In this document: in pieces, positions 9,553 to 18,907 of the stretch
Position numbering within the stretch: the first letter of the stretch is position 1
Layout: every line of letters begins with the position of its first letter
Source of the DNA: Thermoplasmatota archaeon
Lineage (GTDB): Archaea > Thermoplasmatota > E2 > JACPAO01 > JAHFTW01
DNA length: 64,000 nucleotides
Reading direction: 5' to 3'
Assembly: GCA_041601615.1 (NCBI GenBank)
Contig: JBFIHX010000004.1
Location: 96,001-160,000 of the forward strand
Position numbers and translations under genes: made by a program
Notes under the pieces: generated by a model
What the model saw: the letters and a program-made list of their open reading frames with translations, nothing else
The model's database searches: none
Told to the model about the DNA's origin: nothing

Positions 9553-11505
9553 TTAGCCCTGCAGGCTCTGCACGCAAGCCTTGACGTCACTGGTGCTGAT
9601 TTGCGTGACGGCCATGGCGGCGAGTTTGCGGCAGTCGGTGGTGTCCGGTACGCAGTTCTTGATGTCTGTCGTGGTCGGGGGCACTGCACTGAAGCAGGAC
9701 GTCACGTCGCAGGGGTCCGGGGAGAACGAGTCGCACGGATCAACCGGGCACAGAAGCTGAATGTTCAGCTCGCAGGGGTCCGGGTCGCAGCTCAGTCCGA
9801 GGTACTGCAAGAGTACGCAGGGGTCGACGGGGCAGTTGGCGGGTTTCTCGCAGGGGACCGTGCAGTCGAAGTCGATGAGGTTTTGGACAACGGGGCACGG
9901 GTCGGGGTCGCAAGGGTCGCCACCGGGCACACCGGGTCCGCCAGGCACAATGGGTCCAGCTGCGATGCGGGGAACCGGCAGGGAATCGGCGAGGCCCCGG
10001 GGTAGCTGCACGCCGTCCGTGGGGCAGCATTCAGCAGGAGGGGTGGGTCCACCGGGCAGGCCGGGGACGGCGACTCCGCCGGGGAGTCCGGCGCTTGGCG
10101 AGAGCAGGACGATGTCCTTGATGCCGCCTGGCGGGCTGACGGTGGACGAGCACACAGGCGGGCAGATGTCCACTTCGACGTCATTGGCGTGGTCCTGGCT
10201 GGGTTCCACTTCTTGGCCAATCAGGCACTTGGGGACAGCCGGGTCGTCGGTCGGGGGGTCGGAGTCGTCGATGCTGCCTTCGCCGCACAGAGCGCTGGCG
10301 TGGGCGTGGCTGACGATGATTTCGACAGTTTCGCCAAGAGGCAGGTCCAGGAAGACGTGCAGAGCGTTGCGGTAGACTTGGGAACTGCCGCTGGTGCTGG
10401 AGCCGACCACTTCGTCAAAGAGGACGTAGCCGAGAGTGCTCTGGGTGTTGAGAGGCGATCCGCTGACGGCAAGTTGGTTGTTGCGGATTTGCACACCAAG
10501 GGTTTCACCATCGGTGGTGTAGCCTGCGGCGCCGTTCATGGCGTAGGCGTCCACTTCGCTGCGAAGTACATCGACGCGCAGGAGGGCGGCGCCATTGTAG
10601 TTGATGCCGAAATCGACGATTTGGGCGCTGGCAGCGGAGTCCACGCGGTGCGTGCCGACGTCCACGGTGGCTTCGGCGTGGAGCACCTTGCCGAAGATGT
10701 CGACGTTGTTGACGGCGTAGTTGAAGGCCTGGACGTCGAGGTGTTCGTCGTTGGGTGCGTCGACGAAGTTGAGTTTGTCTACGCGGACGGCGGCGCCGCC
10801 GGGGTAGTTGGGCTCATTGACTTCGACGAAGAGGTCGTAGGCGTCTGCCATGCCCTTTGCCTTGCCCTTGAAGCTGTTGCGAATGTCATCGAACACATCT
10901 TGCAAGTCGCTGGCGGTGGTGGGGTTGTAGTAGTGGCTGGGGCTGGTCGCGGCGCCTTCTAGTTCGGCTTGGTTGACGTTGGGGCCAAAGCCGATGCTGA
11001 AGATGATGATGCCGTCGTTCTTTGCGGCGGTGGCGGCGGCGTGGGTGGCGGCCGTGTTGCCGGATACGCCATCGCTCAGAAGCACCATGAACCAGCCAAC
11101 GTTGGAGCGTCCATTGTTGGTGAATTCTTGGTGGCCGGTCTGGATGCCGATGGCGATGTTGGTGCCGCCGCCGGCGCTCATGGCGTTGACTGCGTACTCG
11201 GTGCTGGCCGTGTTGGTTGCACCCGTGTGGACGTTGTCAAGGCCCTTGTCGAGAGATGCGCTGCTGCTGTAGCTCACGAGGCCACTGTGGTCGCTGCCAA
11301 TGAGTTGGCCAAGCAGGAAGTTAGCGCCGGATTTGGAATCGGCGAGGGGTTGTCCGTACATGGAGCCAGAGCGGTCCATGACCAGCATGATGTCGGCGTT
11401 GCCGATGGTCTCGCATTCGGGATAAACCGGGTGGTCTGCTGCTGCATTGGGCAGGACGATCAATCCTGAAATTAGCAGCATGAACATCACAGAAATGGTG
11501 CGCAT
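9553..11505 (-). CDS. Secreted vWA-domain protein with Cys/Pro-rich C-terminus
   Basis: Signal peptide, MIDAS DRSGS, GGGTN, LLSDG, IFSIGFG. C-terminal CDPDPC/VDPC repeats. Confidence 0.85.
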   Translation of the reverse strand: MRTISVMFMLLISGLIVLPNAAADHPVYPECETIGNADIMLVMDRSGSMYGQPLADSKSGANFLLGQLIGSDHSGLVSYSSSASLDKGLDNVHTGATNTASTEYAVNAMSAGGGTNIAIGIQTGHQEFTNNGRSNVGWFMVLLSDGVSGNTAATHAAATAAKNDGIIIFSIGFGPNVNQAELEGAATSPSHYYNPTTASDLQDVFDDIRNSFKGKAKGMADAYDLFVEVNEPNYPGGAAVRVDKLNFVDAPNDEHLDVQAFNYAVNNVDIFGKVLHAEATVDVGTHRVDSAASAQIVDFGINYNGAALLRVDVLRSEVDAYAMNGAAGYTTDGETLGVQIRNNQLAVSGSPLNTQSTLGYVLFDEVVGSSTSGSSQVYRNALHVFLDLPLGETVEIIVSHAHASALCGEGSIDDSDPPTDDPAVPKCLIGQEVEPSQDHANDVEVDICPPVCSSTVSPPGGIKDIVLLSPSAGLPGGVAVPGLPGGPTPPAECCPTDGVQLPRGLADSLPVPRIAAGPIVPGGPGVPGGDPCDPDPCPVVQNLIDFDCTVPCEKPANCPVDPCVLLQYLGLSCDPDPCELNIQLLCPVDPCDSFSPDPCDVTSCFSAVPPTTTDIKNCVPDTTDCRKLAAMAVTQISTSDVKACVQSLQG

Positions 11506-11649
11506 AGCGCCGCAGATGGGTTTCGGCTGTTAGCTGTGGGCGTCACATTGTTACCCGGTTTTGGGCCGATATGAACCAACGCCTGCTCTCCGAACCGGGT
11601 GGGCGAGGCGCCCGGCAGGCTTCTACCTCGGGCGCGGCGTGCCCGTCGC

Positions 11650-13344
11650 ATGCGCGTTCTTGGTGCCGTTGCCTTGACGATCCTCGTGTCCTTTGCAGGC
11701 TGCCTTTCGAGCAATTCCACGACTCCCGATTCGGGCGCGGGGATGCAGATTCCGGTAACGGAGGGCGATGCGCAGCAACCGTTTGCGACGTTCCTTTGCA
11801 AGGACGGCTATGTGGCGGCCGGGGGGCTTACTGCTGCCAACTTGGATCGCTGCAACCACCGCGTCACCAAGCCCCTGTTGGATGCGTCCCGCTTGGATGT
11901 CGTCGGCCAGCATGGGCCCGCCAATGAGGTCAGCATTGCCATGAATCCGACAAACATCCTCAATGCGGCGGGCGGCGCGAAGGATTACACGGTCAGCTAC
12001 GTCAGCGACGACGCGGGGTGTGGCGAATTCACCGTCTGGATGGGCACCTATGCTACCTTCGATGGCGGCCTCACTTGGTCCAATGATTTGATGCCTGGAT
12101 TCCCCGGCGACGACCGACCCAGCCCGCTTTCTGGCAATGGCTGCAACACGGACCCGGTTTTGGTGTTCGACGACGACGGTACCTTGTACTACAGCGGCCT
12201 GAATTACCGGGGCGCTCGCGATGACTTATCCACCATCGATTTTCCGGGCACCGAGCACGACGCAGTCACCGGCAGCCAAGTGTACTTTGCCCGCAGCCAG
12301 GACGGCGGTGCCAGCTACGACCGGATTACGTTCACAAGCTTTGGCGACAACGACAACGTGTTCAACGACAAGCAATGGTTTGCGGCCCAGGCTGGCGGCG
12401 ACCACATGATTCTGACGTGGAGCGATTTCATCGGCCCCGGCCCCGTGATTCTGTACTCCGAGAGCCTTGATGCGGGCGCAACTTGGACCCCGCCTCGACC
12501 CATTCCGGGCGCCAACGCGCTCACGGTTTTGGCAGTTCAAGATTCCATGCCGCAGTACTTCACGGGCCCGGCCGGTGAGCAGCGCGTGGCAGCCACTTGG
12601 GTGAGCACGGGGGTTAAAGCAAGCCCCCACAGCGAAGGCCCCGAGTCGGTCATTGCCTACGCGGAGGGCATCGTCACTCCCGCCGGCGTCCAGTGGATTC
12701 CCGCCACAGCCGCATTTTCCTACAACCCGGTCCAATCTGGGCCCGGCCGCGACGGCAGTGGCCCAAGCACCTTCCGCTGGGGCACCATCCCCGTGCTTGC
12801 CGTAGACACCATTGGCGGCGCGTGCGATGGCCGACGCTATGTGGTCTGGGAGGACCAACCTGGGCCCCTGGACTCCGACGTGAACGTACTGCTTCGCTAC
12901 AGCGACGACGGCGTTGCCTGGTCCATGCCCCTGCGCGTCAGCTACACCGGCACCGGCGACCAATTGATGCCGTGGATTGAAACCGACGAGGAAGGCGGCG
13001 TGCACGTTGCCTACTACGACCGCCGCAACGATCCTGACAACCGCCTCCTCGACGTCTACTACGCATACTCCGAGGACTGCGCCGAGACATTCTTGCCAGA
13101 CATTCGAGTCACGGAAGCAAGCTTCGACGGCGACCTGGGCCACCACCAAAACGGCTCGCCCTTCATTGGCGACTACATTGGCATGGACGCCACGAGCGAA
13201 GCGGCGATGATCATCTGGGCCGACACGCGCCACACGGGAAGCCCCGGCCGCGAGGCAGGAAGCGACGTCTACACCGCGACGATTCTGCGGGACCTGGATG
13301 TTCGAGCCCAGTTCGACGCCGTGTTCAGCGAACCTCGGCCGTGA
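11650..13344 (+). CDS. Sialidase-fold (BNR/Asp-box beta-propeller) lipoprotein
   Basis: Lipobox FAGC. Asp-boxes TFDGGLTW, SQDGGASY, SLDAGATW, SDDGVAW. FIGDY motif. Confidence 0.85.
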   Translation: MRVLGAVALTILVSFAGCLSSNSTTPDSGAGMQIPVTEGDAQQPFATFLCKDGYVAAGGLTAANLDRCNHRVTKPLLDASRLDVVGQHGPANEVSIAMNPTNILNAAGGAKDYTVSYVSDDAGCGEFTVWMGTYATFDGGLTWSNDLMPGFPGDDRPSPLSGNGCNTDPVLVFDDDGTLYYSGLNYRGARDDLSTIDFPGTEHDAVTGSQVYFARSQDGGASYDRITFTSFGDNDNVFNDKQWFAAQAGGDHMILTWSDFIGPGPVILYSESLDAGATWTPPRPIPGANALTVLAVQDSMPQYFTGPAGEQRVAATWVSTGVKASPHSEGPESVIAYAEGIVTPAGVQWIPATAAFSYNPVQSGPGRDGSGPSTFRWGTIPVLAVDTIGGACDGRRYVVWEDQPGPLDSDVNVLLRYSDDGVAWSMPLRVSYTGTGDQLMPWIETDEEGGVHVAYYDRRNDPDNRLLDVYYAYSEDCAETFLPDIRVTEASFDGDLGHHQNGSPFIGDYIGMDATSEAAMIIWADTRHTGSPGREAGSDVYTATILRDLDVRAQFDAVFSEPRP

Positions 13345-14311
13345 TGTAGACCCAGCGCGCCGGAAATGAAGCACCGTCAAAAACGCGGTCGGCTGCCATG
13401 CGCAGCACCCGCAACCGATCCGAGACCGCCTCCGGGCTTGGTTCTGTGCCCTCGACCTTGGGGCTGCCACCCATCCAGCCAACGATGCCGTCGTGGTAGA
13501 CACCAAGGAACTCCATCCACTCACCCACATCCACGTCGAACACTTGTTCCCGCGTGGAGATGATCTCGAAGCCGGCAGCAACCAGCGCACTCGTGTAGGT
13601 CTTGAGCGGCCGCACCGGCAGGAAGTAGCGTTTGCGCAGCGCGTCGTGGCTCTCCATGCAAACGGCATCAGACAGCGCCGGTCGGTATGCTGCGAACGAG
13701 TCGTCCTCGGCCACAATTTTTGCCGCTTCGGCCGCAAGCGCGTGCACGGTTTCGTCGATGATCCATTCGCCCGTGTCCGGGTGCTCTGGGGCTATGTTGC
13801 CCGATTGAATCACGGCACGGCCGCCGGGTCGCAGCACGCGGCGCCAGGCACGCAACGTATCGGCAAGGTCGTAGTAGAGGTGGATGGCGTTGGCGCTGAC
13901 GATGGCAGCAACACCTCGAAGCAAGTGCATTCCAACGACTTCGTCCAAGGACTCCAAGCGACGCACCTCGGGTTGGTAGCGAATGAGTCGGAACGCCGTG
14001 CGCGGGTCGTTGCCGTGTTTTTCCAGGTCCAAGCGGAGGAATTTGGCCGAAGCATCCACGTTCAAGATTCCGATGCTGCGGTCGCCCGCGCGCGCCAGGA
14101 GCCTATCGCCGAGCAGGCCGGTGCCGCCGGAGTAGTCCACCACGATGTGGCCGTCGCCAAGAAATTCCAGCACTTCGTCCACCGTAGGGTTGAGGTTGTC
14201 GTACCAACCGTGGCCTCCCAACAAGTCATACCCCCGCGCCAAGTCCGACAACGGCTGCCGAGTCCAGGGGTCATCCTCGATGCGCTCAAAGCCCGCTGGC
14301 CAGACGTTCAT
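13325..14311 (-). CDS. Class I SAM-dependent methyltransferase
   Basis: VVDYSGGTG motif I, SANAIHL, RVLRPGG. Confidence 0.85.
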   Translation of the reverse strand: MNVWPAGFERIEDDPWTRQPLSDLARGYDLLGGHGWYDNLNPTVDEVLEFLGDGHIVVDYSGGTGLLGDRLLARAGDRSIGILNVDASAKFLRLDLEKHGNDPRTAFRLIRYQPEVRRLESLDEVVGMHLLRGVAAIVSANAIHLYYDLADTLRAWRRVLRPGGRAVIQSGNIAPEHPDTGEWIIDETVHALAAEAAKIVAEDDSFAAYRPALSDAVCMESHDALRKRYFLPVRPLKTYTSALVAAGFEIISTREQVFDVDVGEWMEFLGVYHDGIVGWMGGSPKVEGTEPSPEAVSDRLRVLRMAADRVFDGASFPARWVYITAEVR

Positions 14312-14415
14312 AGCGAACCGAAGACGCAGTACCAAATTAGGCCGTTCGATGGTTGCACAGACATCGCCATGGGTGCGAGGCAGGACATCGCGCCTGATTT
14401 GGCGCCGAAATGCTA

Positions 14416-14677
14416 GGCTACGCCCTCGGCAAACCTAGGGTTTTGGCAATCACCACCGTCCCGTGCAAGCACGGGCCGAAGGATTCCTCGGGCTTCGCCC
14501 TAGGCATCGCGAAAACGACTCCCCCTCGCTACGCTCGGGGCAACCCTAGCGTTTTCGCGATCCCCTTCGTCGCCGGACAAGCCGGCACCGAAGGTCCGCT
14601 CGCTGCGCTCGCTGATTACCAAAACCCGTTTCCCTCGGGCTACGCCCTCGGCAAACCTAGGGTTTTGGCAATCACCA
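14416..14677. repeat. 111-bp-period hairpin array containing three copies of the acyl-CoA dehydrogenase 3' end
   Basis: Perfect 40-bp direct repeat 14416-14455 = 14638-14677, plus a synonymously recoded middle copy at 14529-14561. Nested inverted repeats and GCGNAGC mini-hairpins. Confidence 0.9.
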
Positions 14678-15797
14678 TCCTCTGCACTTCCGACGAACCC
14701 TCGCCGATCTCACAGAGCTTGACATCGCGGAACATGCGCTCCACTGGGTAGTCCTTGGTGTAGCCGTTGCCGCCGTGGATCTGAATCGCCTCGGTGGTGG
14801 CCTTCATGCCGACTTCGGAAGCGTAGAGCTTGCCCATGCTAGCTTCTTGCGTGAACGGCTTGCCTTGGTCCTTGAGGACGGCGGCGCGTTGCAGCAGGAG
14901 GCGGGCCGCGTCAATCTGCGTGGCCATGTCGGCGAGTTTGAAGCTGATGGCTTGGTTGGCGGCGATGGGCTTGCCAAATTGCTTGCGCTCCTGGGCGTAG
15001 GCAAGGCTTGCGTCCAGCGCTCCCTGCGCGAGGCCAAGCGCGAGGCTGCCGATGGCGATGCGGCCAGCGTCGAGGGTCTTCATGGTGCCGACGAAGCCCT
15101 GTCCAATGCCGGCGTCGCCGCCAATGACGCGGTCGTCTGCCAGCCACAGGTCTTCAAAGTAGAGTTGGCTCGTGATGCTGCCGCGCATGCCAAGTTTGTC
15201 TTCCTTGTTGCCCATGTTGAGGCCTTTCTCGCCCTTCTCGCCAATGAACGCCGTGATGCCGTGCGCGCCCTTGGAGGGGTCCGTCTTGGCCATGATGGTG
15301 AAAGTGTCCGCGATGTGGCCGTTGGTGATGAATTGCTTCTGGCCATTGATGAGCCAGCCGTCGCCCTCGCGCACCGCCTTGGTTTCGAGGCCCGCCGCGT
15401 CGCTGCCCGCGCTCGGCTCTGTCAGGCACCAGGCACCGATTTTCTTGCCCTGCGCCATGTCCGGGATGTATTTTTGGACCTGCTCGGGCGTGCCTTGGCC
15501 GTAAATGTGGCTGATGCCGAGGCCGTTGTGGGCGGCGAGGCTCAAACTGAGGCTGCCACTGACGCGAGCAATCTCCTCGATGGCAATATTGTAGCTCACG
15601 GTATCGAGGCCGCTGCCGCCGTGCTCGGGCGCGACCGTCATGCCCATGAGGCCCATGGCGGACATCTCGGGGACCATTTCGGCGGGCCACCAATCCTCGG
15701 CATCCATCTTGGCTGCGATGGGGCCAACGCGGCTCTCGGCGAACTCACGCATGGTCTGGCGGATGAGCTCTTGCTCCGGCGTCGGTTGGAAGTCCAT
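14640..15797 (-). CDS. Acyl-CoA dehydrogenase
   Basis: [46 protein letters not shown]. Confidence 0.95.
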   Translation of the reverse strand: MDFQPTPEQELIRQTMREFAESRVGPIAAKMDAEDWWPAEMVPEMSAMGLMGMTVAPEHGGSGLDTVSYNIAIEEIARVSGSLSLSLAAHNGLGISHIYGQGTPEQVQKYIPDMAQGKKIGAWCLTEPSAGSDAAGLETKAVREGDGWLINGQKQFITNGHIADTFTIMAKTDPSKGAHGITAFIGEKGEKGLNMGNKEDKLGMRGSITSQLYFEDLWLADDRVIGGDAGIGQGFVGTMKTLDAGRIAIGSLALGLAQGALDASLAYAQERKQFGKPIAANQAISFKLADMATQIDAARLLLQRAAVLKDQGKPFTQEASMGKLYASEVGMKATTEAIQIHGGNGYTKDYPVERMFRDVKLCEIGEGSSEVQRMVIAKTLGLPRA

Positions 15798-15919
15798 GAA
15801 ACGACCACGCAGGGTGTGGGTCTTGGGCGTTTCGCACTTGGCCGGCGCCTAAAGCAACGCTCGCGTCATGCTGGACTTGTCCCCAAACCCTTGTGGCGCC
15901 TGCTGCCGAGGAACAGGGT

Positions 15920-16795
15920 ATGAACAGACGCACTCGGTTCATGGTACTCGCCTTGTCGGCATTGCTGTTGCTTGCCGGCGCCTCCGCCATTCACCCCCAG
16001 GCCCTGCAAAATGGCAAAAACGTCATCTTCACGCACGGCGGCGGCAACGAATGGTGGGTTCAAGTGCGGCTCACCGGCACGGGCGGCGCGTCTGCCACTT
16101 CGGTGCAGGCGATGGACACGGGCGGCGGCTGGGTTCCGTTGAATTCCCAGACTTGGGGCGGCGACCACACCTGGTGGGCCGGCAGCTTCCACATCGAGCC
16201 TGGAAACAAGGTGATGTTCCGCGCCAATTTCCCCGGAGTCAACGAATTCCAGAGTTGCTGGTTTAGCCACCCGGCCGGCGTGGAAGATTGCGCCCCGCCT
16301 CCCTCGGGAACCCCTGGGCCGCCCGGACCCCCTGGGCCGCCTGGCCCTGCTGGTCCGATGGGTGCAAACGGAACTGATGGAGCGCCAGGCACCGCCGGCC
16401 CCCCCGGACCTCCAGGACCACCTGGACCGCCGGGCACCAACGGAACAAACGGAGCCCCAGGCCCCGCTGGACCCCCCGGACCCGCCGGCACCAACGGCAC
16501 GAATGGAGCACCGGGACCTTCGGGTAGTACCAAGGTAGACGGCACCCCATCCAACTCGGCAACCGGTGCCGCAAAAGGCACCCAAACCGCCGCCACGGCA
16601 TCCTGTGCCGCCGGCAAAATTCTGCTAGGCGGCGGGGCGGTTGTCACCACGACAGACACGGCCTTAGACAAGGTTGTGCTGGCCTCGTCCTATCCATCAA
16701 GCACGACTACTTGGACCGCCACGGGCACAGTGCTCGCCAATCTCAGCTCGGGCAAGATCATGACCGTGCAGGCCTTCGCCTTGTGTAGTCTCTAG
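15920..16795 (+). CDS. Secreted collagen-like protein (Trp-rich N-domain, Gly-X-Y tract, C-terminal beta domain)
   Basis: Signal peptide, over 20 uninterrupted G-X-Y triplets rich in GPP, C-domain [12 protein letters not shown]...SSYP...FALC. Confidence 0.85.
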   Translation: MNRRTRFMVLALSALLLLAGASAIHPQALQNGKNVIFTHGGGNEWWVQVRLTGTGGASATSVQAMDTGGGWVPLNSQTWGGDHTWWAGSFHIEPGNKVMFRANFPGVNEFQSCWFSHPAGVEDCAPPPSGTPGPPGPPGPPGPAGPMGANGTDGAPGTAGPPGPPGPPGPPGTNGTNGAPGPAGPPGPAGTNGTNGAPGPSGSTKVDGTPSNSATGAAKGTQTAATASCAAGKILLGGGAVVTTTDTALDKVVLASSYPSSTTTWTATGTVLANLSSGKIMTVQAFALCSL

Positions 16796-17116
16796 CCAGC
16801 TCCTAGGGCACCTTCTCCTCCTTGACCTGCTTGTTTTTCCTCCAATTTCTCGTTCCCGCTTTGTTGGGCCGGCCCGCCCGTCCAAAACGGCCAGTAAGCC
16901 TCGGCCAGCTCGTTCAAACCAGACACCAACGATGCACATCAACGGCTCATGCATGGTCTGGACGGGAGTCCTGCACGAAGGATTTTGCAGGAGTGGACCG
17001 ATGGACGCTTGGCCTGCAGATGCCGACGCACATGCGGGCGTGAAAAGCGAACAGGCACAGCCCTCATCCGTGGAGGACCCACATTGAACCACGAACAACT
17101 CGATAGAACCAGCGTG

Positions 17117-17515
17117 ATGCGAACGATTCTTCGCCTGCTTCTGGGCGCTTTCCTGTTGGTTGCAGGACTCGGCCACCTTACCTGGGCGCGTACTGAATTT
17201 TTGGCGCAAGTGCCCTCATGGCTCCCCCTCGATGCGAACCTTGTTGTGGTCTTGTCTGGGGTCGTGGAAATCATCCTTGGATTGGCCTTGGTTGCGCTGC
17301 CTCGGTATCGGGCGATTGTGGGCGGTGCAACGGCGGCGTTTTTCGTCTTGGTGTTTCCAGGCAACATATCGCAGTTTGTCAATCGAGTGGATGCGTTTGG
17401 CCTGGACTCCGACTTGGCACGCGGGGTTCGGTTGTTGTTTCAGCCGCTTCTGGTCCTGTGGGCCTTGTGGTCGACCGAGGCGTGGAAGTCTTGGCGCAAT
17501 CGTAGGCGACGATGA
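17117..17515 (+). CDS. DoxX-like membrane protein
   Basis: AGLGH, SGVVEI, VFPGNI, RLLFQP motifs and 4 TM segments. Confidence 0.8.
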   Translation: MRTILRLLLGAFLLVAGLGHLTWARTEFLAQVPSWLPLDANLVVVLSGVVEIILGLALVALPRYRAIVGGATAAFFVLVFPGNISQFVNRVDAFGLDSDLARGVRLLFQPLLVLWALWSTEAWKSWRNRRRR

Positions 17516-17587
17516 TGCCGGCACGCTCGCACGATCGCTCGCCCCAGCCGATTGCTACGGAGGTTTGAACCGAATGGCCCCAGCGTC

Positions 17588-18907
17588 TCAGAACGTCCGC
17601 AGCGTCTCTGCCAAGGGCTGACGTCCGTGGCTGCGGAATGCAATCCACAAAGCAAGCGCGACGCTGCCGGCGGTGACGAGGACGGCGAGCACGATGCTGC
17701 TTCCGGTGGCGTGAAAATCCATGGGAAGCGGCAAGTCGCGGCGGCCGGGAAGGACTCCATGAAGGATGGCTCCGAAAACGCCTGTCGCGACTGCTGCGAC
17801 CACGATCGCAAGGGCGACCACCTGCACGACGAGGAGGCTGAGGGCGGTGCGGACGGTGCGGGGGCGGATGCCGATGGCGTGGCAGACGGCGATCTCGCGG
17901 TTGTGCGTCTCTAGTTGCCGAGTGACACCGTGGGTGACGAGGAATGCCGGAAGCAGGAACAGGAACGCTGCCATCAAAACGGAGAGTCCTCGCAGCACGT
18001 CCATGAGTTGCCCGAGGTAGCGTTGGGTGAAGGTTTCGCTGCCTTGGTGCGTCCAGCCATTGGCCTCGGCGATATCGTGGGCGCCGCTTGTGTCTCCGCC
18101 TCGCACCAGGAGGGCGTTGGCGATGGGTGCGCGGGGCTCGTGGCCCAGAAGCTGCCTTGCGTCTTCAATCGGGATGACGTAGGTGAAAGCGTCGAGCACG
18201 TCCACGCCGCTGTCGAAAATGGCGGCGATATGCCCGGGACGCCGGATGACATCCTGACGGCCTTCTTGCACGACCGCGGCTGTGAGTTCGAAGGTCAGGT
18301 CGTTGATTTCGGCCATGGGTGGCGGCCAGGAGGAAAGTTCCGACCGTTCCTTCGAGGTCAGGAACGCATCGAGCCGGTCGAGGCTCATGGTTACGGGGAT
18401 GCTGCCTTCCCCGGTGCCGGAATCAGGGAGCTTGCCGGCGACGATGTGTTCTTCGATGCGGGTGCGGCTGGCCGGGTCCTCCATCTGAATGCCAACGAGG
18501 GCCCCAAGGGTCACGACGCTGTCGCCGCTGCCGGCGGAACCGGGTGCATCGAGGTTGATTTGCGTATCCTCCTTGGCAGCATCGGCAAAGCTGCGGCGGC
18601 TCAGGATGCCTTGGGATTCCAGGTGGACAATGGGGTCGCCGCCGTGGCTTGAGAGTGCTGCGACGGCTTGCTGGAGGTCGGGAAAATTGCTGGGTGGGAT
18701 TGCGCCTTCGCCCACCACCGTGACCCGTACGTCTTCGGTGTAGAAGTCGCTGATGCGCGATTCGGTCTCGCTCTGCATGCCGGCAAACAGACCCGACACG
18801 AGCAAGAGGAGTGTTACGCTGCCCGCGAGCACCATGGCGGTGCTGACGTACCACTTGGTTGCACCTTTGCGCCAGCCTCGAGCCAAAACGCCAACGGGGT
18901 TCTTCAT
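17588..18907 (-). CDS. ABC transporter permease, FtsX/MacB-like
   Basis: N-terminal TM, large extracytoplasmic loop, 3 C-terminal TMs with REIAVCHAIG. ATGA overlap with the upstream gene. Confidence 0.75.
   Translation of the reverse strand: MKNPVGVLARGWRKGATKWYVSTAMVLAGSVTLLLLVSGLFAGMQSETESRISDFYTEDVRVTVVGEGAIPPSNFPDLQQAVAALSSHGGDPIVHLESQGILSRRSFADAAKEDTQINLDAPGSAGSGDSVVTLGALVGIQMEDPASRTRIEEHIVAGKLPDSGTGEGSIPVTMSLDRLDAFLTSKERSELSSWPPPMAEINDLTFELTAAVVQEGRQDVIRRPGHIAAIFDSGVDVLDAFTYVIPIEDARQLLGHEPRAPIANALLVRGGDTSGAHDIAEANGWTHQGSETFTQRYLGQLMDVLRGLSVLMAAFLFLLPAFLVTHGVTRQLETHNREIAVCHAIGIRPRTVRTALSLLVVQVVALAIVVAAVATGVFGAILHGVLPGRRDLPLPMDFHATGSSIVLAVLVTAGSVALALWIAFRSHGRQPLAETLRTF

Noticed and set aside
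14416-14677. CRISPR array or classical attL/attR prophage scar
   Set aside because: Only 2-3 units, the spacers are homologous structured sequences, the repeat is the gene's own 3' end, and no cas or integrase gene is present.
14410-14751. 113-aa plus-strand ORF across the repeat array
   Set aside because: It is antisense to the dehydrogenase end, made of repeat sequence and has no protein-like features. Minus-strand TAG read-through meets TAA after 7 codons.
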